NCBI GenBank assembly: GCA_037143955.1
Contig: JBAWXR010000002.1
Location: forward strand, 1-40,771
Direction: 5' to 3'
Length of the DNA: 40,771 nucleotides
Source of the DNA: Actinomycetes bacterium
Lineage (GTDB): Bacteria > Actinomycetota > Actinomycetes > S36-B12
In this document: one piece after another, positions 1-8,360 of the stretch
Layout of the letters: each line of letters begins with the position of its first letter
Position numbering within the stretch: the stretch's first letter is position 1
Translations under genes and position numbers: made by a program
The notes under the pieces: generated by a model
Seen by the model: only the letters and a program-made list of their open reading frames with translations
Told to the model about the DNA's origin: nothing
Database searches by the model: none

Positions 1-272
1 CGGGCATCATCACCGCCGCGATCCTGGGCCTGGCCCGCGTAGTAGGCGAAACGGCGCCCCTGCTCCTGACGGTCGGCTTCACGGACAAGACCGTGGTCAA
101 TCCGCTCACCGAGCCGATCTCCGCCCTGCCCAGCTTCATCTTCACATACGTCAGTTCCCCCTATCCGGACGCCGTGGCCCGGGCCTGGGGAGCGGCGCTG
201 GTCCTCATGATCCTTGTTACCGTTTTGTTCGTGGTTACCCGTATCCTGACGTCTCGGCGTCCGGGTCGATAG
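1..272 (+). CDS. pstA: Phosphate ABC transporter permease PstA, C-terminal fragment (5' end outside window)
   Basis: Open frame from position 3 to TAG at 270-272. It translates to GIITAAILGLARVVGETAPLLLTVGF...VLMILVTVLFVVTRIL, the typical PstA C-terminus. It sits directly upstream of pstB. Confidence 0.8.
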   Translation, partial: GIITAAILGLARVVGETAPLLLTVGFTDKTVVNPLTEPISALPSFIFTYVSSPYPDAVARAWGAALVLMILVTVLFVVTRILTSRRPGR

Positions 273-284
273 AGAGTAGGAAGC

Positions 285-1133
285 ATGTCGACGGCTGAGT
301 TCGAAGAGATCGCGACCACCACTGAGGCCATGGACGCGGCGGTGAGCGCCACTGCTGAGCAGCGCGCCACCGAGATGGAGGCCAAAGACGTCAGCATCTG
401 GTTCGGCCAGCGCAAGGTGCTCGAGGGCGTCAACATTGCCTTCCCCAAGCGCACCACCACGGCTCTCATCGGCCCGTCCGGCTGCGGCAAGTCGACGTTC
501 ATTCGCACCCTCAATCGTCTTCACGAGCTGATCCCCGGTGCTGCCCTTGCCGGCCAGGTGCTCTACGAAGGCGAAGACATCTACGACGCCAAGGTCGACC
601 CGGTACACATTCGGCTCAAGATCGGCATGGTGTTCCAGAAGCCGAACCCGTTCCCCAGCATGACCATCCGCGGCAACGTCCTCTCGGGTCTCAAGCTGTC
701 CGGCTTGAAGCGCTCCAACCACGATGAGATCGTCGAGCAAACGTTGACCGCAGCAGGACTCTGGGCTGAGGTCAAGGACCGGCTGCATAGCGAAGCCGGC
801 GCGTTGTCGGGTGGCCAGCAGCAGCGCCTCGTGATCGCTCGCTCGCTCGCCGTGCAGCCGCATGTGCTCCTCATGGACGAGCCCTGCTCGGCCCTCGACC
901 CGGGCTCCACGCTCAAGATCGAAGAGACCATCCGTGAGCTCTCCAAGGACATCACCATCATCATCGTCACTCACAACATGCAGCAGGCGGTGCGCGTGGC
1001 CGACTACACAGCCTTCTTCCTCGCGGTCGACGGCAACCCCGGCCACGTTGTTGAGCAGGGTCCGACCACGGAGATCTTCGGCAACCCGCAAGACCAGCGG
1101 ACTCTCGATTACGTGAACGGCCGGTTCGGCTAA
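285..1133 (+). CDS. pstB: Phosphate import ATP-binding protein PstB
   Basis: Walker [13 protein letters not shown] signature LSGGQQQR, Walker B LLMDEP, and the PstB-typical C-terminus YVNGRFG. An AGGAAG RBS lies upstream of the ATG at 285. Confidence 0.95.
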   Translation: MSTAEFEEIATTTEAMDAAVSATAEQRATEMEAKDVSIWFGQRKVLEGVNIAFPKRTTTALIGPSGCGKSTFIRTLNRLHELIPGAALAGQVLYEGEDIYDAKVDPVHIRLKIGMVFQKPNPFPSMTIRGNVLSGLKLSGLKRSNHDEIVEQTLTAAGLWAEVKDRLHSEAGALSGGQQQRLVIARSLAVQPHVLLMDEPCSALDPGSTLKIEETIRELSKDITIIIVTHNMQQAVRVADYTAFFLAVDGNPGHVVEQGPTTEIFGNPQDQRTLDYVNGRFG

Positions 1134-1167
1134 AACACTCAGGTGGACTTAAGGGCGTTTGCCCATT

Positions 1168-1242
1168 GTTCATCTAGACGAAAGTCCCGCGTCATCTAGT
1201 ACCTACCACCTCGCAACCGTGGACTCCTAACGTCCACCTAGA
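1168..1242 (+). promoter_or_regulatory. Candidate PhoP/PHO-box-like direct repeats upstream of the pstS paralogue
   Basis: Three 11-nt units: GTTCATCTAGA (1168), CGTCATCTAGT (1190) and GTCCACCTAGA (1232). They are spaced 22 and 42 nt apart in a locally AT-richer intergenic region. Each matches 9-10 of 11 positions of the Streptomyces PHO direct-repeat consensus GKTCAYYYRSG, as I recall it. Confidence 0.3.
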
Positions 1243-1271
1243 AGTTCCCAACCCATTTAAAAGGAGTTCCA

Positions 1272-2348
1272 GTGCGTCGTACCCTTGCGCTTCTGGCCAC
1301 CGCGGCGGTTGCCGCATCCATGGTCGCCATTGCCGCTCCCGCCCAAGCTGCCAACACCATCTCCGGTGGCGGCGCATCGTTCCCGTTCCCCTTCATTGAC
1401 GCTTGCCGCGCGAACTTCAACGCCGCTGCCGGCCAGGCTGGCGTGAACGACGGCTTCGACATCCAGTACCAGTCCACCGGTTCCGGCACTGGCAAGAGCA
1501 ACTTCACCAAGGGCACGTTCGTGTACGCCCAGACCGACTCCAAGTACGCCGATGGCGCTGCTACTCAGTCGTGGTCCTGGACCTACGTCCCCAACATCGG
1601 TGGTGCGATCGCATTCCCGATCAACCTGCGCAGCACCACCACGCAGAAGACCTTGGGCTCCTCCATCCTGCTGAGCCAGAAGACACTCGCCAAGGTCATG
1701 GGCGGCGTCATCACGATGTGGAATGACAAGGAAATCCTTGCCTCCAACGCTCTGATCGCCAAGCAGATCCCTGCCTCGCCGATCACGGTCGTCTACCGCT
1801 CGGGTAACTCGGGTACGAGCAACAACACCCTTCAGTACTTGAACGCATGGGCACCCACCATCTGGGCCAAGGTTCAGGATGACTTCTCCACCGCGTTCCC
1901 AGGTGGCAAGGCTCCTGCGTCCTCGCTGACCGGTGCGAACAGCGCCGCGATCATCGCCACGGTCAACGCCACTGCCGGCGCGATCGGCTACGTCGACTAC
2001 AGCGATGCCAAGGGCTACCCCGTCGCTCGCATCCAGAACGCCATGGGCGAGTTCGTGGCTCCCTCGGTGGCCTCGGCCTCCAAGACGCTGGCCAAGCAGA
2101 CCAACATCGCCGCCAACGGTCTCGTGCAGCTCGACTACAACGTCAAGCTCGCGGGTGCCTACCCCGTCGTCATCTTCAGCTACGGCCTGGCCCGTACGGA
2201 TGGCTCGGGAGCCAATGGCCTCGGAGTTCGCCAGTTCCAGTCCTACATCCTGGGCAAGTGCGGCTCGGTTGCTACCCAGCTCGGCTACGTGCCGGTCGGT
2301 GGCGCCGTGCTTCAGAAGGCCATCGCTCAGGCTGCGACCATCAAGTAG
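1272..2348 (+). CDS. pstS: Phosphate-binding protein PstS (secreted; Sec signal, no lipobox)
   Basis: AAGGAG RBS followed by a GTG start. Signal peptide ends AAPAQA/AN. PstS anion-binding motifs are present: GGGASFPFP, STGSGTGKSNF and YRSGNSGTS. Confidence 0.85.
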   Translation: MRRTLALLATAAVAASMVAIAAPAQAANTISGGGASFPFPFIDACRANFNAAAGQAGVNDGFDIQYQSTGSGTGKSNFTKGTFVYAQTDSKYADGAATQSWSWTYVPNIGGAIAFPINLRSTTTQKTLGSSILLSQKTLAKVMGGVITMWNDKEILASNALIAKQIPASPITVVYRSGNSGTSNNTLQYLNAWAPTIWAKVQDDFSTAFPGGKAPASSLTGANSAAIIATVNATAGAIGYVDYSDAKGYPVARIQNAMGEFVAPSVASASKTLAKQTNIAANGLVQLDYNVKLAGAYPVVIFSYGLARTDGSGANGLGVRQFQSYILGKCGSVATQLGYVPVGGAVLQKAIAQAATIK

Positions 2349-2413
2349 TACCTGCTTCACTCTGCTAGACCAGACCTGTTTCTGATCGACACAGCTACAA
2401 AAGGACGAGGACG

Positions 2414-3658
2414 ATGACCCGGAGTTTCCAGTCACACCGGGGCATCGTCCTCGTCGCTGTAGCGGCAGGTCTCACGCTGGGCGTCAGCGCGTGCACCCCG
2501 CCCATGCCGCCCGACATGGTCGCGGCGCAGGCAGAACAGAACTTCACGTGCTTCACCGGTCAGCAGCAGGTCACGGCCGCCGCAGACCTCAGTGCGGCCA
2601 TCGACGCACTGAACACCGGCCTCATGGGTCAGTGCCCTGAGCAGGGCATGGTGGCGGCAGCCGACGGCACTGTCACCGACTTCACGCTCACCTCATCCGC
2701 TCCCAACGATGCTGAGCAGAAGGCTTTTACCGACGCCGCCTGCAAGACCGGCAAGGTTTTGATCGCTCCCGCATTTGCCTACGGCATCGGCCTCGCGGTC
2801 AATGGCCCCGGCATGGAGAGCGTGGTGCTGCCGCCCGATGTGCTGGCCGGAATCCTCAACGGCTCGATCACCTCCTGGGTGGATCCCAAGATTGCGGCCG
2901 CAAATGACGGCGTTGACCTCTCCTCGATGGGCGACATCACGGTCGTATCCCTGAAGGGCCCTGATGGCTCGGTGCGAGCCATGACCACCTACCTGAATAC
3001 ATCAGCGCCCACCGTGTGGACTACCGGTGTAGCCGACACGCTGTCCGTTGGAACCAAGGTTGCCACCACCGACGACCTGCTGGCGGAGTTGAGTAACGCC
3101 CCCGGCGCCGTAGCTGTCCTCCCGCTTCCCGTCGCTGCCAACAATTCGCTCGCGGTCGTGGGCATGCAGGTGCAGAACCATACGATGGATGCCACCAACA
3201 CTCAGCAACTCCAGATCGGGGCGGGCGCCACCACGCTCACGATCGCTGAGAACGGCAATATCTTCGCGGCCCCGGCCATCGGTGGCGTGCCTAACGCCGA
3301 CACCTTCGATGCCGCAGCGCAGAAGATCGTCGTGGCCTCCGGCGAGGCACTCATCGGCTGGCCGATCTTGGGCTTCGCCCATGTGATGGCCTGCAACACG
3401 GGTGCTACACCACCCTTGGCGATGTCGAGCTTCCTGTACACCGTGACCCTCAACGGCCAGGGTGCCGTGTCTGCAGTGGGCTACACCCCGCTGCCCGAGC
3501 CGGTGCGCTCAAAGTCGCGCACGCTCGCCGCAAGCAACAACCCGTCACAGTCGGCGGCGGCCGGTGGCGCTGCAAGCCCGGCGCCTGTCGTGAGCGATGT
3601 GCCCGCGATGAGTGATGAGCCAATGGCGAGCGGCTCCGCTTCGCCTGTCGCCAGCTGA
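2414..3658 (+). CDS. PstS/PBP-like substrate-binding lipoprotein, divergent, with a low-complexity Ala/Ser/Pro C-terminal tail
   Basis: Lipobox LGVSAC. The segment LPPDVLAGILNGSITSWVDPKIAAAN...VVSLKGPDGSVRAMTTYL is collinear with the PstS fold, but the SGT anion-binding motif is replaced by SVR. Confidence 0.65.
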   Translation: MTRSFQSHRGIVLVAVAAGLTLGVSACTPPMPPDMVAAQAEQNFTCFTGQQQVTAAADLSAAIDALNTGLMGQCPEQGMVAAADGTVTDFTLTSSAPNDAEQKAFTDAACKTGKVLIAPAFAYGIGLAVNGPGMESVVLPPDVLAGILNGSITSWVDPKIAAANDGVDLSSMGDITVVSLKGPDGSVRAMTTYLNTSAPTVWTTGVADTLSVGTKVATTDDLLAELSNAPGAVAVLPLPVAANNSLAVVGMQVQNHTMDATNTQQLQIGAGATTLTIAENGNIFAAPAIGGVPNADTFDAAAQKIVVASGEALIGWPILGFAHVMACNTGATPPLAMSSFLYTVTLNGQGAVSAVGYTPLPEPVRSKSRTLAASNNPSQSAAAGGAASPAPVVSDVPAMSDEPMASGSASPVAS

Positions 3659-3682
3659 TCGACCAAGGATCTACTAGCGCTT

Positions 3683-4201
3683 TCAGTGAATCCGCGGCCG
3701 GCCAGACTTCTCGAAGCGGGCGTAGGACTGGTGAATTTCTTCCTCGGCTTCGGTACGCCCGGTCCAGGTTGCACCTTCGACACTCTTGCCGGGCTCCAGA
3801 TCCTTGTAGACCTCGAAGAAATGCTGGATCTCCAGCCGGTCGAACTCTGACACGTGATGGATATCGCGCAGATGCTCAACGCGCGGGTCGCCAGCCGGCA
3901 CGCACAGAACCTTGTCGTCGCCGCCCGCCTCGTCGGTCATGCGGAACATACCTACCGTGCGGCACCGGATGACGATGCCGGGAAAGGTCGGTTCGCCGAT
4001 GATTACCAGCGCGTCGAGTGGATCTCCGTCGAGACCCAACGTGTTGTCGACGAAGCCATAGTCGTGCGGGTAGCGGGTGGACGTGAACAGCATCCGGTCG
4101 AGCCGGATACGTCCCGTGTGATGGTCCATTTCGTATTTGTTGCGACTGCCTGCGGGGATCTCGATGGTCACATCGAACTCAAGGGGCTCCACGGAGTGCA
4201 C
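3683..4201 (-). CDS. ppa: Inorganic pyrophosphatase (family I)
   Basis: [18 protein letters not shown] and DGDPLDALV motifs. 172 aa, GTG start. Confidence 0.95.
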   Translation of the reverse strand: MHSVEPLEFDVTIEIPAGSRNKYEMDHHTGRIRLDRMLFTSTRYPHDYGFVDNTLGLDGDPLDALVIIGEPTFPGIVIRCRTVGMFRMTDEAGGDDKVLCVPAGDPRVEHLRDIHHVSEFDRLEIQHFFEVYKDLEPGKSVEGATWTGRTEAEEEIHQSYARFEKSGRPRIH

Positions 4202-4202
4202 T

Positions 4203-4248
4203 CTACGGCCGCCGTAGCCTTCACCTGCTCGCCTGGAGCTTCACCTGC
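4203..4248. promoter_or_regulatory. Palindrome plus 10-bp direct repeat in the ppa/dacB divergent intergenic region
   Basis: Perfect inverted repeat CTACGGC-C-GCCGTAG at 4203-4217. CTTCACCTGC occurs twice, at 4219-4228 and 4239-4248. The repeat unit has a PHO-box-like TTCACC core. Confidence 0.25.
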
Positions 4249-4269
4249 ACACAGATTTAGGGAGGTGGC

Positions 4270-5604
4270 ATGAATCGCACGGGTGTGCTGATCGCGTCGC
4301 CACTAGCCTTCACGTGCGCAATCGCCGTCGCTCTCGCAGCGGCCCTGTCCCCAGCAGCTCACGCCGATGTGGCACAGCCGCCATCCCCTGCGCCGTCAGT
4401 GCTCCCCGCGGCGGCCCCTGACGCCGGTGCAGCGCCTTCGCCTGCGGGCATCCGGGCAGCCATCGGTCCGGCAGTGTCGAAGAACCTCACGGGCGGCGCG
4501 GCCTTGGTGGTCGACCCCGCCAGTGGATCGGTCCTGTACGAAGCGGGCTCGGCCGCCCCGCTGACTCCTGCGTCCAACGCCAAAGTCGCGACCGCGGTGG
4601 CCGCCCTGAGCGTGCTGGGTCCCACACATCGCATCTCCACGAACGTGGTGGTGCTCGATCGCGACGTGTACCTGGTCGGCGGCGGAGACCCAACACTCGC
4701 CAGCGTCTCCACCGTCCCGGGCATTCCGACGTTGGCGCAACTTGCCGACAAGACGCTTACGCAGGTGGGCTCCGGCACTGCCCTGTCGTTGCACTACGAC
4801 GACTCCGCTTTCGCCGGCCCGACGCTCGCAGCCGGGTGGTCACCCTCGTATCCGCGCATCGGAGAAGTGGCGCCGGTCACCGCGCTCATGGTCGATCAAG
4901 GACGGGTCTCGCCAGGTGGGCTACCCCGAGTCAGCGATCCGGCGCGCCAGGCAGCCAAGCAGTTTGCTCGAATGCTTCGGGCCGGCGGAGTCACGGTGAC
5001 GTCCGTGGATCGAGCCAAGGCACCTGCCAATGCGACCGTGATCGCCACCGTCGAGAGTCCGCCGGTGAGCCGCATCGTGCAATCAATGCTCACCGAGTCG
5101 GAGAACACCTACGCCGAAGCACTTGGACATCTGGTGGGAGGCGCCAAGCTCTCGAACCCGTCTTTCGATGGAGGGGCGCTGGCGACGCGTGAGGTTCTCG
5201 CCGCACTCAAGATCGACACGGAAGGCTTCCATCTCGCCGATGCCAGCGGTCTGTCCAAGGACGATCGTCTGACGGCACGAACTCTGGCGGCCATGCTCAC
5301 GACTGTCGTGCTCCAGACCCATCCCGAACTGGACTACATCGCGACGGGGCTGCCGATCGCGGGACTCACCGGCACCCTGGCCGACCGATATGCGACACCG
5401 GCGACAGCGGCCGGCAGAGGATTCGTCCATGCAAAGACCGGCACGCTGACGGGTGTCATAGCCGAGTCAGGCATCGTGCTGGATGCCTCCGGTCGCCAAC
5501 TGGTCTTCTCCTTCATCGCCACCCGAGTGAAGAATCTCGACGCGATGCGCCGGACACTTGACGGCATCGCCAGCACACTGGCCACCTGTGGCTGCACCTC
5601 GTAG
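4270..5604 (+). CDS. dacB: D-alanyl-D-alanine carboxypeptidase/endopeptidase (PBP4 family)
   Basis: GGAGG RBS. Signal peptide present. SxxK motif (ASNAK), SxN motif (SEN) and KTG motif (KTGTLTGV). Confidence 0.88.
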   Translation: MNRTGVLIASPLAFTCAIAVALAAALSPAAHADVAQPPSPAPSVLPAAAPDAGAAPSPAGIRAAIGPAVSKNLTGGAALVVDPASGSVLYEAGSAAPLTPASNAKVATAVAALSVLGPTHRISTNVVVLDRDVYLVGGGDPTLASVSTVPGIPTLAQLADKTLTQVGSGTALSLHYDDSAFAGPTLAAGWSPSYPRIGEVAPVTALMVDQGRVSPGGLPRVSDPARQAAKQFARMLRAGGVTVTSVDRAKAPANATVIATVESPPVSRIVQSMLTESENTYAEALGHLVGGAKLSNPSFDGGALATREVLAALKIDTEGFHLADASGLSKDDRLTARTLAAMLTTVVLQTHPELDYIATGLPIAGLTGTLADRYATPATAAGRGFVHAKTGTLTGVIAESGIVLDASGRQLVFSFIATRVKNLDAMRRTLDGIASTLATCGCTS

Positions 5605-5640
5605 AACACACTTGTCATCCGCCCGGATCCTGGAGGAACC

Positions 5641-6681
5641 GTGAAGCCCACGCTGCTACCGGTCAATCAGTTCGATCACTTCTACCGCGGCGGTGATCGC
5701 ATCGGCGCACTGCGCCATGGGCCGGGTGGACCGCAGCGCCCCGAAGAGTGGTTGGGATCCACCACCGCACGGTTCGGTTCGGCACCGCAGGGGTGGAGTG
5801 CACTTGCCGACGGGCGACTGCTGATCGAGGCGATCGATGCTGACCCGCAGGCGTGGCTCGGAGCAGACCACATTGCCCGTTATGGCACGAGCATCGAAGT
5901 CCTCGTCAAGCTGCTGGATCTTGATCAGCGGCTGCCTGTGCACCTGCACCCCAATCGCGAGTTCGCGCGCACGCATCTAGGCCTTGCCCACGGCAAGACC
6001 GAAGCCTGGTACGTCCTGGATGCCCCCGAGGGTGCGCAGGTGGGCGTCGGATTCAAAGAAGCGATGCCCCGCGAACTCGTGGCGGCGTGGGTTGCCGATG
6101 GCGACAGCGACGCGTTGCTGGCGTCCTTGCGCACCCGCACCGTGCGGCCCGGAGACGCAATGCTGGTACCCGCCGGACTTCCGCACACGGTCGAGCGCGG
6201 GGTGTTTGTGCTCGAACTTCAAGAGCCCACCGACCTGTCGATTCTTCTTGAGTGGCAGGACTTCGCGGTCGACGGGACCAAGGACGGACATCTTGACCTC
6301 GGCTTCGACACCGCGCTCCAGGCGGTCGACTACACGGGCGTCAGTGATGCCGACCTTGATCGTCTGGTCCTTGGCCGCGAGCAGATCGAAGGCGCCGGAC
6401 TACGTTCGATCATGCCGCGCGAAGCCGACGGCTACTTCCGCGCTCAGCGATGTGATGCGTCCGCCGGTCCTGTCACCATCGATGCAGGATTCGCCATCGT
6501 GCTGATCCTGGAGGGGGCAGGATCACTCGCAACGGCGACCGACACCATCCCTGTCACGCGTGGTGATGCTGTTCTCATGCCGTTCGCGGCCGGCGATTAC
6601 ACCCTGACCGCGGCCGAAGGAACTCTCGTCGGTGTGGCAAGCCGTCCGCCCGCGCACGACGCACCCGCCAACGTGCGCTGA
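5641..6681 (+). CDS. Class I mannose-6-phosphate isomerase-like cupin protein
   Basis: VHLHPN, GKTEAWYVL and PAGLPHTV motifs, which are PMI type I metal-ligand positions. It has the same position between dacB and tilS as the mycobacterial conserved hypothetical protein. Confidence 0.7.
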   Translation: MKPTLLPVNQFDHFYRGGDRIGALRHGPGGPQRPEEWLGSTTARFGSAPQGWSALADGRLLIEAIDADPQAWLGADHIARYGTSIEVLVKLLDLDQRLPVHLHPNREFARTHLGLAHGKTEAWYVLDAPEGAQVGVGFKEAMPRELVAAWVADGDSDALLASLRTRTVRPGDAMLVPAGLPHTVERGVFVLELQEPTDLSILLEWQDFAVDGTKDGHLDLGFDTALQAVDYTGVSDADLDRLVLGREQIEGAGLRSIMPREADGYFRAQRCDASAGPVTIDAGFAIVLILEGAGSLATATDTIPVTRGDAVLMPFAAGDYTLTAAEGTLVGVASRPPAHDAPANVR

Positions 6682-6686
6682 TCTGC

Positions 6687-7667
6687 ATGCTGCGCGCTGA
6701 AACCCCAGAGGTCGTCACACTGCGGACCGCAGTGACGGCGTCATTGCGGGATTTGGCGGCAGGTTCGCCCGTCATCGTGGCGTGTTCGGGAGGACCTGAT
6801 TCACTCGCGCTCGTCGGTGCAGCCGCCTGGGCTGCACCTCGTGCAGGGCACACCGTGTCGGTCGTCGTCGTCGATCATGCGCTTCAGTCGGGATCCGACG
6901 AGATCGCGTCGCGTGCCGCACAGCTGTGTCACGAACTAGGCGTGGTGCGCGTCGATGTCATGCGCGTCGATGTTATTGCCGGTGGCGGACTTGAGGCAGC
7001 CGCGCGCGACGCCCGATATTCCGCACTGCAGGCCAGCGCGGATGCTCAAGGTGCAACTGCGGTTCTCTTAGGGCACACGCGGGAGGACCAGGCCGAGACC
7101 GTCCTGCTGCGTCTATCCCGCGGTAGCGGTGCGCGTTCGCTGTCGGCGATGCGTGCGGTGAACGGCCTGTGGCGACGACCTTTCCTTGACGTGCCGCGCG
7201 CGACCGTGCACGCAGCGTGCGCGGCCATGTTGCCCGACACTGCACGGGTGTGGCACGACCCGCACAATGAAGACGAGCGGTTCGCGCGCGTGCGCGTGCG
7301 TCGATTGCTGGATGGCCTTGACGATGGTCTGGGTGCCGGAGTAGTGCTCGGGTTGACCCGATCCGCGGAGCAGCTGCGCGACGACGCGGACGCACTTGAT
7401 GATCTGGCGAATCGTGCGCTGGCATCGTTGACGCTCGACTCAGCCGATACGTGGGACTGTGACGAGCTTGCAGTACTGCCGCGAGCAATTCGCACACGCG
7501 TGCTCCGGTTGATCTGCCTGCGGGCCGGTTCGCCCGCGGATGCACTGGGGTGGGAGCACATCCAGTCCATCGATGCACTTATCTGCGATTGGCACGGGCA
7601 GGGATCCGTCGCGCTACCGGGAGCGTTGGGTGCCACGCGCGTGTGTGGCAGGCTGTCGGTCACCTAG
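6687..7667 (+). CDS. tilS: tRNA(Ile)-lysidine synthetase
   Basis: PP-loop motif SGGPDS. Conserved tilS-hpt-ftsH synteny. Confidence 0.9.
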   Translation: MLRAETPEVVTLRTAVTASLRDLAAGSPVIVACSGGPDSLALVGAAAWAAPRAGHTVSVVVVDHALQSGSDEIASRAAQLCHELGVVRVDVMRVDVIAGGGLEAAARDARYSALQASADAQGATAVLLGHTREDQAETVLLRLSRGSGARSLSAMRAVNGLWRRPFLDVPRATVHAACAAMLPDTARVWHDPHNEDERFARVRVRRLLDGLDDGLGAGVVLGLTRSAEQLRDDADALDDLANRALASLTLDSADTWDCDELAVLPRAIRTRVLRLICLRAGSPADALGWEHIQSIDALICDWHGQGSVALPGALGATRVCGRLSVT

Positions 7668-7680
7668 GACTGGAGGTCGA

Positions 7681-8235
7681 GTGGACGCCGAGCATCTCGA
7701 AACCGAGTTGGCGCATGTGCTGCTCACTGAGGAGCAGATCCAAGCGCGACTGTCCGAGGTGGCGGTGCAGATCGCTGATGACTACCGCGATCGCAACCTG
7801 CTCATGGTGGGGGTACTCAAAGGCGCGATCATGGTGATGGCCGACCTGTCACGTGCCATGCCGCACTCGGTTGAGATGGACTGGATGGCGGTGTCGTCCT
7901 ATGGATCGGGTACCAAGTCCAGCGGGGTGGTGCGGATCCTCAAGGACCTCGACACCGATCTCAAGGACCGCGATGTGCTTCTGATCGAGGACGTTCTTGA
8001 CTCAGGACTCACACTGTCGTGGCTGGTATCCAATCTGTCCTCCCGCGGTGCCGCGTCGGTGGAGGTTTTCACCCTCTTGCGCAAACCGGATATGCAAAAG
8101 GTCCCTGTCCACGCGCGTTATGTGGGTTTCGATATCCCCAACGAGTTCGTCGTCGGGTACGGCCTGGACTACGACCAGCAGTACCGCAATCTGCGGTGTG
8201 TGGGCACCCTCGCCCCTCACGTGTACGGCGGATAG
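7681..8235 (+). CDS. hpt: Hypoxanthine-guanine phosphoribosyltransferase
   Basis: PRPP-binding motif [14 protein letters not shown] chose the GTG at 7681, which is preceded by GGAGG. The ORF-track start at 7540 would overlap tilS by 128 nt. Confidence 0.9.
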   Translation: MDAEHLETELAHVLLTEEQIQARLSEVAVQIADDYRDRNLLMVGVLKGAIMVMADLSRAMPHSVEMDWMAVSSYGSGTKSSGVVRILKDLDTDLKDRDVLLIEDVLDSGLTLSWLVSNLSSRGAASVEVFTLLRKPDMQKVPVHARYVGFDIPNEFVVGYGLDYDQQYRNLRCVGTLAPHVYGG

Positions 8236-8286
8236 GCGCCTGAGGGATTCGCGGATAGGCGCCTGAGGGATTCGCGGATAGGCGCC
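8228..8286. repeat. Perfect 23-bp tandem repeat, 2.6 copies (GCGGATAGGCGCCTGAGGGATTC)
   Basis: Copies at 8228-8250 and 8251-8273, plus a partial copy at 8274-8286. The first copy contains the last two codons and the TAG stop of hpt. Each unit carries the 8-bp palindrome AGGCGCCT. Confidence 0.95.
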
Positions 8287-8360
8287 CCGTTCGCTCCGGG
8301 CGGACCGATCCCCCTGGTCGCCAAGATGAGTGACCTCCGCCCCCGTAGTACCGTGACGGG

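Noticed and set aside
2359-2374. ACTCTGCTAGACCAGA, matching 11 of 16 positions of the DasR/dre consensus, upstream of the second PstS-like gene.
   Set aside because: Only one half-site (CTAGACCA) is good and the left half is not palindromic. The evidence is too weak to call.
1257-2435. 392-aa ORF on the - strand, antisense to pstS.
   Set aside because: Its composition is Gly/Arg/Asp/Val-rich and low in complexity, typical of antisense frames in high-GC DNA. The sense strand encodes a well-supported PstS.
5147-5165. TCGAAC...TTTCGA sequence resembling an actinobacterial SOS (LexA) box.
   Set aside because: The spacer length is wrong (5 rather than 4), there is one mismatch, and the site lies inside the dacB coding sequence far from any promoter.
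7540-7680. N-terminal extensions given by the ORF track for hpt. The same applies to folP (10852), folB (11642), folK (12153), nadB, nadC, the CysQ-like gene (28171), eno (35259), ftsB (36628) and LacI (38644).
   Set aside because: The extensions overlap the preceding gene, and their peptide sequences are not family-like. Internal starts with an RBS or stop-start overlap give canonical protein lengths.
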